A stretch of DNA of 64,000 nt from Cyanobacteria bacterium J06626_4 (lineage in GTDB: Bacteria; Cyanobacteriota; Cyanobacteriia; Phormidesmidales; Phormidesmidaceae), in NCBI GenBank assembly GCA_038523235.1, contig JBCBJQ010000002.1, forward strand, positions 96,001-160,000, given 5' to 3'. Made by a program: the position numbers and the translations under genes. This document shows, piece by piece, positions 20,197 to 30,523 of the stretch. The stretch's first letter is position 1, and every line of letters begins with the position of its first letter. The notes under the pieces were generated by a model, which made no database searches, was not told the DNA's origin, and saw only the letters and a list, made by a program, of their open reading frames with translations.

Positions 20197-20415
20197 TCAA
20201 TCTCCAGTCAAACGTGCTTTCGCTTCGTTCAGTGCGATGAGAAAATCATCTAAATTGATTCTCCAAGGCTTGCCTTCAGGATTTGTATAAATCTCGATTT
20301 CCATGGAGCCAGATTCCATATTTACCTCCGCGATCTGAACTCTTCGGAGCATGATATCGGCAACCAAGAAATCTCGATCAGGAGGACTAGATAGTGACAC
20401 ATTTAATGATTCCAT
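20197..20415 (-). CDS. Small hypothetical protein, putative polymorphic-toxin immunity protein
   Basis: SPPDRD.LVA.I......AEVN.E....IEIY....KPW pattern; AT-rich; follows a toxin-like fragment. Confidence 0.55.
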   Translation of the reverse strand: MESLNVSLSSPPDRDFLVADIMLRRVQIAEVNMESGSMEIEIYTNPEGKPWRINLDDFLIALNEAKARLTGD

Positions 20416-20432
20416 CGTTTTGCTATATATGC

Positions 20433-20543
20433 TTATTTTTTGAAAACAATAAATTTTTCGTCTTGGTCAAAAACTTTCCCGCGACCATTAGAAGTATCTA
20501 CCTCCATAGTTTCGCCAAATCTAGGACGATATAACTTTTCTAC
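20433..20543 (-). pseudogene. Possible orphan C-terminal tip of a polymorphic toxin
   Basis: RPRFGETMEVDTSNGRGKVFDQDEKFIVF* resembles RFG..(E/D)V..PDGRG.R(Y/F)...G.FIGF toxin ends, recalled rather than searched. Confidence 0.4.
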
Positions 20544-20812
20544 AGTACGATCGCCCCGCGTCTGTTTACAGCATGAATAGCGCTTGAGGGCAGGACGCCT
20601 TACCTTCAGCGTGACAGGGCAAGGGTATGAGGACACGCTCTAGCAGGTGTGCGGCCAAATCAATGATGCTGCGCCCCCGGTAACTCGGTGGTCGTTTTAG
20701 CGCGTGAAGACAACACCCTGATGTCATGCCGTTGCCAACTTCGCAGTCCACTCAGCCCTAAAAGGATTAGACTTACGGTAAATTTGTACGCCTCTCAAGG
20801 AGCGTGCGCTTC

Positions 20813-21652
20813 ATGGAAGTTTTTGTCATTCTGGCCCTGGTTGTGATTGGTTACACGGTGGGGTCAGTGCGAATTGTGAATCAGGGCAATCAGGCTCTGG
20901 TCGAGCGGTTGGGGCGATATAACCGCAAGCTCCGGCCCGGCATGAACTTCATCGTGCCATTTTTAGACACCATTGTGTGGGAAGAGAGTATTCGCGAGCG
21001 CTTGTTAGACGTGCCGCCCCAATCGGCCATTACCCGCGACAACGTCTCCCTGGATGTCGATGCCGTCGTTTATTGGAAGATTCTTGACCTTGAACGCACC
21101 TACTACGAAATCGAAGATATTAAAGGAGCAATTCGCGAGTTAGTGGTCACCACCCTACGCTCCGAAATCGGCAAAATGCCCTTTGAGAGCACCTTTGCGT
21201 CGCGCGATGAACTCAACAAGGCACTGCTTGACCAGCTCGACGAAGCCACGGAACCCTGGGGCGTCAAAGTCACTCGGGTCGAAGTGCAAAGCATCAATCC
21301 ACCCACAGCCGTTTTGGAATCGATGCAGCAGCAGCAGGCCGCCGAACTGAAACGCCGCGCCACCGTGTCAGAAGCCGAAGGTGACCAGCAAGCCTCCGTC
21401 AAACGCGCCCAGGGTACGGTGCAGTCGATTCAGCTTTTATCAGAAGCGCTTAAAGGTCGCTCTGATGCTCGCGAAATTCTCAACTTTCTGATTGCTCAGC
21501 AGTACGTCGAAGCAAACCAAAAGCTGAGTGAAAGTGAGAATTCCAAGGTCCTCTTTATGGATCCCAAGTTTCTCTCTGAAGGCCTGATCGACCTGATGAA
21601 TACGCCGACAGGCCCAGAAAACGGTGACAGCAAGCCGAAAAAAATGCCGTGA
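20813..21652 (+). CDS. SPFH/band 7 (stomatin-like) protein
   Basis: N-terminal TM, LVERLGRY, ITRDNVSL.VDAVVYW, WGVKVTRVEV. Confidence 0.93.
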   Translation: MEVFVILALVVIGYTVGSVRIVNQGNQALVERLGRYNRKLRPGMNFIVPFLDTIVWEESIRERLLDVPPQSAITRDNVSLDVDAVVYWKILDLERTYYEIEDIKGAIRELVVTTLRSEIGKMPFESTFASRDELNKALLDQLDEATEPWGVKVTRVEVQSINPPTAVLESMQQQQAAELKRRATVSEAEGDQQASVKRAQGTVQSIQLLSEALKGRSDAREILNFLIAQQYVEANQKLSESENSKVLFMDPKFLSEGLIDLMNTPTGPENGDSKPKKMP

Positions 21653-21817
21653 AGCTAGGCCAAAGATCATCGGGGCAACTCTTCCACAGCAGAATACCTT
21701 TCGGGAAGTGTGAAGCCCTACGGCAGGCGGATTTAAAAAACCGATCATCAGATGATGATCTCAGTTGTTGGGAGTGACTTGAGAAAACTGCGGCTTGCTA
21801 TATTACTGGCGAACTGG

Positions 21818-22369
21818 TCAAACTGCCGAGAAAATCCTAACGGCGTCAGTCCAATACTGAAACGTTTCACGGCCAATCTGATCGCGCTCCTCTCGATAGA
21901 TTTGTCGCAAACAGTCATAAAACGCCTGTGCTTCCTCGTTCAATCCGAATAGTATTAAGCACTTCAATATTCGAGTGATCCGCAGATAGTTATGATCCAA
22001 CAGACATATCCATTCACGTTTGCGGAAGGGATAGTCTGCCGCCTTATCGACCACAACTTTCCCGGTTTCGTTGAGGGAACACTGCAACCCATACAGCTGC
22101 AGCATCACTGACAGCGATCGCCGCAAGTTTTGTTGCAGGCGCGGATCGCGTTGAAAGGCTTGAATGACCGCCTCATCGACGACGGGCGCATTCGGATTAA
22201 ACGTACTTTTCTCAGCGATGGGGAATAGCCACTGAATATAATCATGGGCACATTCCAATTCCTCAAAATCCCAGGCCCAAATTTCCTGAATCTGGCGTCC
22301 CTCGGAATCTGTCTGCTCACCCAAATAAAACGGGACCAGCATGGCGGTGAGCTGCTTTCCTGGATTCAT
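21818..22369 (-). CDS. Opioid growth factor receptor (OGFr)-like domain protein
   Basis: LE..HDYIQWLFP and HNYLRITRILKCL motifs. Confidence 0.85.
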   Translation of the reverse strand: MNPGKQLTAMLVPFYLGEQTDSEGRQIQEIWAWDFEELECAHDYIQWLFPIAEKSTFNPNAPVVDEAVIQAFQRDPRLQQNLRRSLSVMLQLYGLQCSLNETGKVVVDKAADYPFRKREWICLLDHNYLRITRILKCLILFGLNEEAQAFYDCLRQIYREERDQIGRETFQYWTDAVRIFSAV

Positions 22370-22587
22370 GAAAAATTGCCCCGATAGCCCTATCTCTTGA
22401 TTTTAATCGACTGCAATTTTGAGTCGTCATTCCAGATTTAGGGAGTCCCTAACAAGTAAGCAGGAAACAGAATCACAAGTGCAAAGACTGCTCCAGGCTT
22501 CGTGGCGACCCGCAAAACAAAACCATGGACGAGGCCACCCAGCCCTTGTCTGCCAATGCACACAACCCCCGGCAAGGTGACAGTTTG

Positions 22588-23211
22588 CTAAAGTCCGCCA
22601 ATGCGACCGGGCGGCCAAAAGCGGACGACTGCCTTACCAATAATATTGTCGGCAGGGACAAACGACTCAGTCTCCCAAGCGTGACTATCGTAGCTGCTGT
22701 TGCGATTGTCGCCCAATACCAAATAGGCCTCTGGAGGGACTGTTTCAGGTCCCCAGCTATAGTCAGGCTCAGCCTTAATATAGTCTTCTTCCAGAGCGTC
22801 GCCGTTAACAAAGACTGTTCCGTTGGCAACTTCTACGGTATCGCCGGGGAGGCCAATCACGCGCTTAATGAAGGCATCTCGCCGCTTATCTTCGTCAAAG
22901 AGGCTTTCTGGCGGCCAGAACACAATGATGTCACCGCGTCCAGGGGGATTGAGGTGGTAACTGATTTTTTCAATAACGAGGCGATCGTTGATCTCCAACG
23001 TGGGTTCCATGGAGCCAGAAGGAATGTAGCGAGCTTCTGCGACGAAGGTGCGAATGCCTAAGGCTAAAACGACACTCAACCCCAGGGTTTGTAACCCTTC
23101 AACGACGGGGTTGGTAGAGCGATCAGCAGCCTGATTGTTGGGATTTTCCGATGTTTTCGGAGGCTGAGGGAAGTCAGTCATATTGGTCACAGCGTCCGTG
23201 AACAGTTCCAC
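22588..23211 (-). CDS. lepB: Signal peptidase I
   Basis: IPSGSMEPTL (Ser), FIKRVIGLPGD (Lys), GDNRNSSYDSH; start may be 23181. Confidence 0.95.
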   Translation of the reverse strand: MELFTDAVTNMTDFPQPPKTSENPNNQAADRSTNPVVEGLQTLGLSVVLALGIRTFVAEARYIPSGSMEPTLEINDRLVIEKISYHLNPPGRGDIIVFWPPESLFDEDKRRDAFIKRVIGLPGDTVEVANGTVFVNGDALEEDYIKAEPDYSWGPETVPPEAYLVLGDNRNSSYDSHAWETESFVPADNIIGKAVVRFWPPGRIGGL

Positions 23212-23630
23212 GAATATAGCCTATTGATCATACTTCATCCATAGCCTTTCCCATCCGGTCAGTGACCAGCTGTAGAACCGGTTCAATCTTCACTGTGCAG
23301 TGCGAAGGGTAACCGGTCATCGTCGTCATTCTGATCAACGGGTTCCTCGACCAAAGCCCCCTCGGGCCGTCGCGACGATCGCCTGGATACCACTGCTATC
23401 TGTAGAAGCACAGCAGTTTCAGTCAATTCAGTAGGCGCTCGTTTTAGAGATGAGCCCCGTGGTTAGCGCCAGACTATCTGAGGCGTCGCGCCAGGGTGGG
23501 GGATTTCTAACTGATAGGTATGGATGAGGGTCAATGACGATTTTGCTTTAACCGCTAATTTGAGGCGTCGATGCGGGGGCGATCGCCGACCTTTGGGGAT
23601 AATGGGTCATCACCTGTGGATAGAACGGTT

Positions 23631-24509
23631 ATGCTACCTGCTTTGACGGCACCGCTGAAGACGGAACGGGTTGCGGTCACGATTGAGCAGCTACCACTGG
23701 CGCTGCATGGCACCACCGTGGCCCAGCTTTCAGATTTTCATTTTGACGGGTACAGTCTGTCGCCCTCACTGCTGGAAACGGCGATCGCCCAATGCAATCG
23801 TCTGGTCCCCGACCTGGTTGTGCTGACGGGCGATTTCATTACCCGCAATCCGTCAGATATTGAGGCGCTGACGGCCTACTTACAGCATTTGCGCAGTCGT
23901 TTGGGTGTCTATGCCGTATTGGGCAACCATGATTCCCCCAACGCCAGGGTGAGACGGCGCGTGCAGCAGGCCCTAGCTGCCGTGGAGGTTGTGCCTCTCT
24001 GGAATGACATTGCCTATCCCTGGGGCGATCGCCTACCCCTGGTGGGACTAGCGGATATTAGCTCACCCGATTGTCAACCGGAGCCGCTGCTGGCCCAACT
24101 GCCCCCCCGTACGCCGCGGCTAGTGTTGGCCCATAACCCGGACACGATGGATAAACTCCGGTCATCACGCGCTGATTTGGTGCTGTCGGGCCACACCCAC
24201 GGCGGGCAGGTCACTCTGCCTGGGGGAATTCCCGCGCCTAGCCTATTAAAGAAGCTGTCTCCTTGGGTGCCACCGATTGTCAAACAACAGATTCCGTTTT
24301 TTAATCAAGACTGCGAGCGCGTTTTTCGCCATTGGGAGTGGGCGGCGGGCCTACATGCCGTCGGCGATCAGCAACTTTACGTCAACCGGGGCCTGGCCAG
24401 CTATTGGCCGGGGCGGCTGTTTTGTCCGCCGGAGCTGACGGTGATTACGCTGTTAGCGGCCCCACCGTTGGAGGGCAAGGACTCAGCTATTTGTAACGGT
24501 AGTGATTGA
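23631..24509 (+). CDS. Calcineurin-like metallophosphoesterase
   Basis: SDFH, TGD, GNHD, AHNP, SGHTHGGQ motifs. Confidence 0.9.
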   Translation: MLPALTAPLKTERVAVTIEQLPLALHGTTVAQLSDFHFDGYSLSPSLLETAIAQCNRLVPDLVVLTGDFITRNPSDIEALTAYLQHLRSRLGVYAVLGNHDSPNARVRRRVQQALAAVEVVPLWNDIAYPWGDRLPLVGLADISSPDCQPEPLLAQLPPRTPRLVLAHNPDTMDKLRSSRADLVLSGHTHGGQVTLPGGIPAPSLLKKLSPWVPPIVKQQIPFFNQDCERVFRHWEWAAGLHAVGDQQLYVNRGLASYWPGRLFCPPELTVITLLAAPPLEGKDSAICNGSD

Positions 24510-25542
24510 TGGCTGATTGCAAGGTGGCGATCTGGTTAGTGAGGCGATCGCTGCTGAGGAGCGATCGGGCGGTTTCAATGCCCTGCTCTAGGCTAACGGC
24601 CAAGCCGCTGCGCCAGAGATAAAAGCCGCCGTTCCACAGGGCGACGGGGGTGAGGGGGGTAGTTTGACCCTTGAGTGTGGCTTGCAGGGCGTCTAAATAG
24701 GCAGCCTCTGATTCTAACGGGGCTTCGCTGGTCTCGCCCAAGCCAAAGTCGCGGGCGTGCAGTACGATCCGCTCTTCGCCGGTGGGGGTATAGACGCCGA
24801 TAATGGCCGCCCGCGCCCGGGGTAAATCAGAGCTGCCCTCCAGCCCTTTGACCGTCAGATAATGGGGGACGCCGATCGCGGTTAGGGTGCCTTTGGCCAG
24901 ACCCTCAGTGGGGGGATGAACATAGCCCACCACCACCTGACAGTCGCCCGCATAGGGACACCACATCAGCTCTAGCGTGGCCTGCGGTGGACGTTTGCCA
25001 ATTTGTTCGCGGTAGGGCACTAATCCCTGGGCGGCAGGAAAGTGATCGGCTAGATGAAGATAGCCCAAATGAGTTTGCTGCAAAATTGCCTGCACGGCCG
25101 CCAGCGAAAGCCCCGTCCAATCAAGACCGAGGGCTTGCCAAATGTCGATGAGTGGTAAGCCGTATTTGGTGGGCATGCGATCGCCCCCGTGCAGCACCAC
25201 CGGACAGCCGAGCGCCGAGAGCATCAGCGCTACTAGGGGTTGAGCTGGAGCTGTGCGCGATCGCCCATCGTAGGGCAGGCCAAACACCAAGGCCGGATAG
25301 TCAGCGGTGACGGGGCTGAGGGTCGGGCCGACCTCAGCATAGGCATCTAAAAATCCCGCCAGTTCGTCGGGATGGGGACGTTTGATGCGATGGGCAATCA
25401 TAAAGGCCCCAATCTGCGCGGGCGTCGCCTCTTGAGCCAGCATGAGTCGCGCCGCTTCGGCGGCTTCCGCCCGGGTCAGCACAGCTGATGTGTGCTGGCC
25501 GCTGCCGACTTTTTTAAGAAGCGCTCGAAATGCTTGGCTCAT
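24487..25542 (-). CDS. cnaT: Anthranilate phosphoribosyltransferase-like protein, probable CnaT
   Basis: TrpD-like (ATPAQIGAFMIAHRIK, PYDGRSR, KGLEGS); translationally coupled downstream of ntcB as in other cyanobacteria. Confidence 0.75.
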   Translation of the reverse strand: MSQAFRALLKKVGSGQHTSAVLTRAEAAEAARLMLAQEATPAQIGAFMIAHRIKRPHPDELAGFLDAYAEVGPTLSPVTADYPALVFGLPYDGRSRTAPAQPLVALMLSALGCPVVLHGGDRMPTKYGLPLIDIWQALGLDWTGLSLAAVQAILQQTHLGYLHLADHFPAAQGLVPYREQIGKRPPQATLELMWCPYAGDCQVVVGYVHPPTEGLAKGTLTAIGVPHYLTVKGLEGSSDLPRARAAIIGVYTPTGEERIVLHARDFGLGETSEAPLESEAAYLDALQATLKGQTTPLTPVALWNGGFYLWRSGLAVSLEQGIETARSLLSSDRLTNQIATLQSAINHYRYK

Positions 25543-25548
25543 CAGCAG

Positions 25549-26490
25549 TTAGAAGGGTTCAACAGATAGCAGTTGGGCAGCAGGTTGGGGTGGCAAAAAG
25601 CAGGCCCCCCGTTCCATGACCAGTTGGCAAAAGTCGCGGATGATGGGAATGACCAGGCGATCGCGGGTCGTGACCAGCACCACCCGACGAGATAAGGTGG
25701 GGGCCTCAGTGGGACGAATCGCCAAGGTGGGATCGGGCTGCCCTTCGGTCAGGGCTGACTGGGGCAGTAGGGCGGTGAGCTGCCCTTGGCGGACAACCCC
25801 CCGAAAGGCATCGAGGGTGTTGAGTTCTAGGGCGGCGTGGAGTTCTCCCCCGCTGCGCTCAAACTGCGCTTGCACCAGGCGTTGCATGCCGTAGCCGTCT
25901 TTAAACACCACTTGAGGATACTCCGCTAACGCGGCCCAAGGCACTTGCTCAAACTGAGTGAGCGGATGATCAGCGGCCATCAACACTTCCACGGGTTCCT
26001 CATAAAGGGGCTGCACGCTCATATCAGGACTGGTCGTTAGCCGTTCGTTATCCATCACGATCGCCACGTCTACCAGGCCATCCCGCAGGACCTTGAGAGA
26101 GCGATCGCTGCCTAGGGCCGTCACCCGCAGCTGCACGTGAGGATGGCTTTGACAAAACTGCTGCAGTACCGGTGGTAGCAGATGTGAACAGGTGGACTGA
26201 ATGGCGGCGATACACAGTTCCGGCTGTTTACCGGCCATTAAATCAGCGATGTCACGAGTGGCCTGTCGCCAGTCTTGGCACATGCGTCGAGCTTTGGGCA
26301 ACAAAGCCTCTCCGGCAACCGTGAGCTTGGCTTGGGCCGAACGGTGCAGCAGCGGGGCGTCTAATTCTGTCTCTAACGCTTGAATTTGGCGACTAACGGT
26401 CGATTGCGTCACCCCACATTTTTTCGCAGCTTGTTGAAAGCTCCCAGTCTCTGAAACCAATAAAAATGCTTCAAGCTGTTCTATACGCAT
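25549..26490 (-). CDS. ntcB: LysR family regulator, probable NtcB
   Basis: MRIEQL.AFL...ETGSFQQAA.KCGVTQST.SRQ, VTALGSDRSLKVL, ELNTLDAFRG; synteny with a cnaT-like gene. Confidence 0.82.
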   Translation of the reverse strand: MRIEQLEAFLLVSETGSFQQAAKKCGVTQSTVSRQIQALETELDAPLLHRSAQAKLTVAGEALLPKARRMCQDWRQATRDIADLMAGKQPELCIAAIQSTCSHLLPPVLQQFCQSHPHVQLRVTALGSDRSLKVLRDGLVDVAIVMDNERLTTSPDMSVQPLYEEPVEVLMAADHPLTQFEQVPWAALAEYPQVVFKDGYGMQRLVQAQFERSGGELHAALELNTLDAFRGVVRQGQLTALLPQSALTEGQPDPTLAIRPTEAPTLSRRVVLVTTRDRLVIPIIRDFCQLVMERGACFLPPQPAAQLLSVEPF

Positions 26491-26877
26491 CCACTCTAGA
26501 TTCGATTAAAAGGGCGATTCAAAACACCCTAGAGGGTTAGAGATTGAGGAATTTCCTGCAGAGGTCATCTTTAAACCCTAATTAACAGATACCGGCACTC
26601 AACTTGGTATCATTCATTGCCAAACGGCTCGAAACCGGTGGCAGTAAGACCGTGGCTAAGCTGGGCTCAATGCGATGAATTCATGGCTCAGACAGCGGCG
26701 ACTTTCTCGGCTCTATTGAGGTATCGCCTAAGGAACCGTCGTCACCGAGCCGCGCTGATGGCATGGATGCAGCCTGTGGTTAGGTGCTGATGGAGTGACC
26801 TGCTGGATGGGCTGTGACATGCGGTAATCTGGCTGAAGATTCTATCCCTCTGCCCCCCATGCCTCTGAGGTAACGCT

Positions 26878-27756
26878 ATGGAAACGAGTTTGCTCACGGC
26901 GGTGTTCTTGCCTTTAGCGCTGTTTATCATCATGCTCGGCATGGGGTTGGGCCTAACGCTCAGGGACTTTCAGCGCATCTTTGTAGAACCCAAAGGCGTG
27001 GCGTTGGGCTTGGTAGCGCAGCTGATCATGCTGCCGCTCGTCGGCTTTGGACTGGCATCAGTGTTGCCCCTCACCCCTGAGTTGGCAGTCGGCGTGATGA
27101 TTTTAGCCGCTTGTCCCGGTGGCCCGACGTCGAACCTGGTGACCTATTTGGCCCGAGGCAATGTGGCGCTGTCGATTACGTTGACGGCCCTCAGCAGCTT
27201 GGTGACGGTCTTTACAATTCCGCTGGTAGTCAACTGGGCTATGGTGCAGTTCATGGGGGCGGGCACCGATTTGCAGCTGCCATTTTTGACTACAGTTCTG
27301 CAGATTGCGGTGATCACGCTCATTCCAGTTAGTTTAGGTATGACGCTGCATCACTACGCGCCCCAATTTGCCGCCACGGTAGAAAAGTGGATGAAATGGC
27401 TGGCTTTAGTTTTTCTCGGATTGATCATTGCCGCTCTCCTGATAAAAGAGCGGGCCAATGTACTGGCTTTCTTTTTGCAGGTGGGCTGGGTGACGCTGTT
27501 GCTGGTCGTTTTGACGATGGCGCTAGGCTATGGGCTGGCGCAGCTGGCCCAATTGGACGATCGCAGCGCGACGGCCATTACGGTGGAAGTGGGCATTCAA
27601 AATGGCACCCTGGCGATCGCCATTGCCAGTGCTCCCACCTTTTTGAACAATGCCACGATGGCGATTCCGGCAGCGATTTATAGCTTGTTGATGTTTGCTG
27701 TTGGGGGCGCGTTTGCCTGGTGGGCCCAGCGACGATCGCCCGTGAAAGCTCAATAG
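26878..27756 (+). CDS. Bile acid:sodium symporter family protein
   Basis: IMLGMGLGLT, AACPGGPTSN, EVGIQNGTLA; GAGG RBS. Confidence 0.92.
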   Translation: METSLLTAVFLPLALFIIMLGMGLGLTLRDFQRIFVEPKGVALGLVAQLIMLPLVGFGLASVLPLTPELAVGVMILAACPGGPTSNLVTYLARGNVALSITLTALSSLVTVFTIPLVVNWAMVQFMGAGTDLQLPFLTTVLQIAVITLIPVSLGMTLHHYAPQFAATVEKWMKWLALVFLGLIIAALLIKERANVLAFFLQVGWVTLLLVVLTMALGYGLAQLAQLDDRSATAITVEVGIQNGTLAIAIASAPTFLNNATMAIPAAIYSLLMFAVGGAFAWWAQRRSPVKAQ

Positions 27757-28180
27757 TGATGACAGAGTGAATTTGAAAATCGAAAGGCGGCAGGCGTAAA
27801 AGAGAGTGCACTCCCCGCTCCTTCACGCCGCACAATTCTGATAGACCAGAATTAGAGTTGCGATGAAGGCAGAAGATGCCGTAGTTTTTAGTATTTCCGA
27901 CCTGCTGTAATTTTCCCCGTACCCCCCAGAGACTGCTAAATGAAGTGATGTTGAGAGGACGAGTGATGCGAGAGTGGGGTAGTGTATCGCTGAATATAGA
28001 GTAGTGAGAGATGAGAGTGCTTAAGCGAGTTGGCTGGCGGCTTGTGTTTAGGCACAGTTAGCAAACTTGCTGTTGCTGCAGCCATTGCAACAGCAAGATG
28101 TCGTGATGAGGGAGAGCTGCCACATCTTGGCCCTAATGTCTGAGGAACATCTCCCTGCTGAGTTCTTAAGTGCTTGATCA

Positions 28181-30487
28181 ATGACCTCATCCCTTGATCC
28201 CAATACACCTCTACGGAGCGTCCATACCCAGAGCTTTCATGCTGTGCTCTCCCAAATGGGGGTATCGCTGGTGGTCTCTACATACCAGGCTGGGAAACTC
28301 ATTCTCATGCGGGCTGACGATAACGCTGTGAATACACACTTTCGAGTATTCGATCAGCCCATGGGCGTGGCCGCCGATCGCGAAAAGATCGCCGTAGGCA
28401 CCGCCTATGACATCCAAGAGCTACGCAATGTGCCTGCTGTGGCTGAGAAAATTCCGCCAACCGGCCGTCATGACGGCTGCTATCTGCCTCGCCGTAAGAC
28501 GGTTACCGGTGATATTGATATTCATGAAATGGCCTGGGTTGACCAGGAGCTGTGGTTTATCAATACTCGGTTCTCTTGCCTGTGTACCCTAGATCCCAGC
28601 TGTAGTTTTGTGCCCCGCTGGCGACCGCCGTTTATCACCGGCTATGACCTGACGGATCGGTGCCATCTCAATGGGCTCGGAATACGTGACAATCGGCCCC
28701 ACTACATTACGGCACTAGGCGAGACTGATCGCCCCAACGGCTGGCGGGCTAATAAAGCTAGCGGCGGCATCCTGATGGATATCATCACCAATGACATCCT
28801 GGTGCGGGGCTTGTCGATGCCCCATTCGCCTCGCTGGTATCGCGATCGCCTGTGGGTCTTAGAATCCGGGCGCGGCACTCTAGTCCAAGTCGATTTGTCC
28901 ACAGGCACATTGACCCCAGTGGCAGAACTCCCGGGCTTTACAAGAGGCCTCGATTTTTGGGGCGACTTGGCCTTTATTGGCCTTTCCCAGATCCGAGAGA
29001 CCGCTGTTTTTAGCGGCATCCCCCTCACTCAAACCCTAAGAGAGCGCATCTGTGGCGTGTGGGTAGTCAACATTGTCAGCGGTGAGATTGTGGCATTTCT
29101 CAAGTTTGAGGATGCGGTTCAGGAAATTTTCGCAGTATCGGTTTTGCCGGGGCTACGCTTTCCCGAATTGATTGAGCATGATGATAATTTGCTCAGGAGT
29201 GCCTACGTGCTGCCCGATGCCGCCATGGCTGAAGTGGTGCTACTAAAGCCAGACCAGCCCTCTGCTCTCAGTTATTTTGAGCAGGGGTGTGCCCACTACC
29301 AAGCCGGGGAGCAAGAAGCGGCGGTAGCGACGCTGCAGCAATGTCTGGTTGTACAGCCGGATTATCTGCCCGCCCGTTACAACCTGGGAGTCGTTTTGGG
29401 GGAGTTGGCACGCTATGACGAGGCGATCTCCTACCTGCATCAGGTGATTGAAGCGGAGGCGTGTCATGTCGGTGCTCACAAGACCTTAGGTCATCTCTAT
29501 AGCCAGCAAAACCAGTGGAAACTGGCCCGCTGGCACTATGAACAAGCGGTACGCATCAGTCCTCAAGATGCCCAGGCCCATTACAGCTGGGGCATGATGT
29601 GCCTGACCTTAGGAGACTTTGAGACCGGCTGGGCCGAATGTGAGTGGCGGTGGCAAACCGCTGAGTTTACCCCCTTCAGCTGCCCTCAGCCCCGCTGGCA
29701 GGGGCAACGGCTGCCGCATCAAACCCTGCTCATCCATACCGAGCAAGGGGCAGGGGACGCAATTCAGTTTGTGCGCTACGTGTCTTGGGCCGCAGCGCGC
29801 TGTCAACGGGTGGTCTTGGTGTGTCCTGCTGCTCTCTTACCCTTGTTTGCAAAGCTATCAGGTGTTTATCAGTGCCAAACGCCCGGTCAGATTGCCCTTA
29901 ACGCCTTTGATGTCTACGTGCCGCTGATGAGTTTGCCTTATCTAGCTCATACGACGTTAGAAACTATTCCCGCCCCGATTCCCTATCTTTCGGCGGACGC
30001 TAGCCGGTGTCCCTTGCCCGCTCGTCGCCACGCTCACCGCGTTGGCATTGCTTGGGCCGGTAGCCCCACCCATGGGAATGACCGACAGCGCTCGACTCAA
30101 CTCGCTGACTGGTTGCCCGTACTGCGTGTGCCCGGGATTGAGTTTTTCAGTCTGCAAAAGGGCCAGCCAGTGCCGGCATTGGCCGACCTGCCACCAGACG
30201 CCAACGTACAGGATTTAGACGCCGTTCTACAAGACTATGCCGACACGGCGTCTGTCGTCGAGCAGCTTGATCTTGTTATCAGTGTCGATACCTCTGTCAC
30301 GCATCTAGCCGGTGCTTTGGGCCGCCCCTGTTGGACTCTGCTGTGCTACTCTCCCGACTGGCGCTGGCTGACCCCGCGCTTAGACTCTCCCTGGTATCCG
30401 ACCATGCGCCTGTTTTGGCAAACTCAGCCAGGGGCTTGGGCTGGGGTCTTTGACGAGGTGGCGACCGCTTTGGGGCATGCTTTCTAA
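28181..30487 (+). CDS. TIGR03032 (DUF4915) domain + TPR + glycosyltransferase fusion
   Basis: STYQAGKL, TGDIDIHE, DRCHLNGL, GLSMPHSPRW, PGFTRGL; TPRs; EQGAGDAIQFVRY and DLVISVDTSV.HLAGALG GT-B motifs. Confidence 0.88.
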   Translation: MTSSLDPNTPLRSVHTQSFHAVLSQMGVSLVVSTYQAGKLILMRADDNAVNTHFRVFDQPMGVAADREKIAVGTAYDIQELRNVPAVAEKIPPTGRHDGCYLPRRKTVTGDIDIHEMAWVDQELWFINTRFSCLCTLDPSCSFVPRWRPPFITGYDLTDRCHLNGLGIRDNRPHYITALGETDRPNGWRANKASGGILMDIITNDILVRGLSMPHSPRWYRDRLWVLESGRGTLVQVDLSTGTLTPVAELPGFTRGLDFWGDLAFIGLSQIRETAVFSGIPLTQTLRERICGVWVVNIVSGEIVAFLKFEDAVQEIFAVSVLPGLRFPELIEHDDNLLRSAYVLPDAAMAEVVLLKPDQPSALSYFEQGCAHYQAGEQEAAVATLQQCLVVQPDYLPARYNLGVVLGELARYDEAISYLHQVIEAEACHVGAHKTLGHLYSQQNQWKLARWHYEQAVRISPQDAQAHYSWGMMCLTLGDFETGWAECEWRWQTAEFTPFSCPQPRWQGQRLPHQTLLIHTEQGAGDAIQFVRYVSWAAARCQRVVLVCPAALLPLFAKLSGVYQCQTPGQIALNAFDVYVPLMSLPYLAHTTLETIPAPIPYLSADASRCPLPARRHAHRVGIAWAGSPTHGNDRQRSTQLADWLPVLRVPGIEFFSLQKGQPVPALADLPPDANVQDLDAVLQDYADTASVVEQLDLVISVDTSVTHLAGALGRPCWTLLCYSPDWRWLTPRLDSPWYPTMRLFWQTQPGAWAGVFDEVATALGHAF

Positions 30488-30523
30488 AATGCTGTTGATG
30501 GCTCATCTCGCCAGAAAACTCCC

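Noticed and set aside
26607..26620. NtcA box upstream of ntcB (GCA-N8-TAC on the minus strand)
   Set aside because: Biologically plausible, but one half-site is imperfect and the -10 at the expected spacing (TAATTA) does not fit TAN3T; too weak to call.
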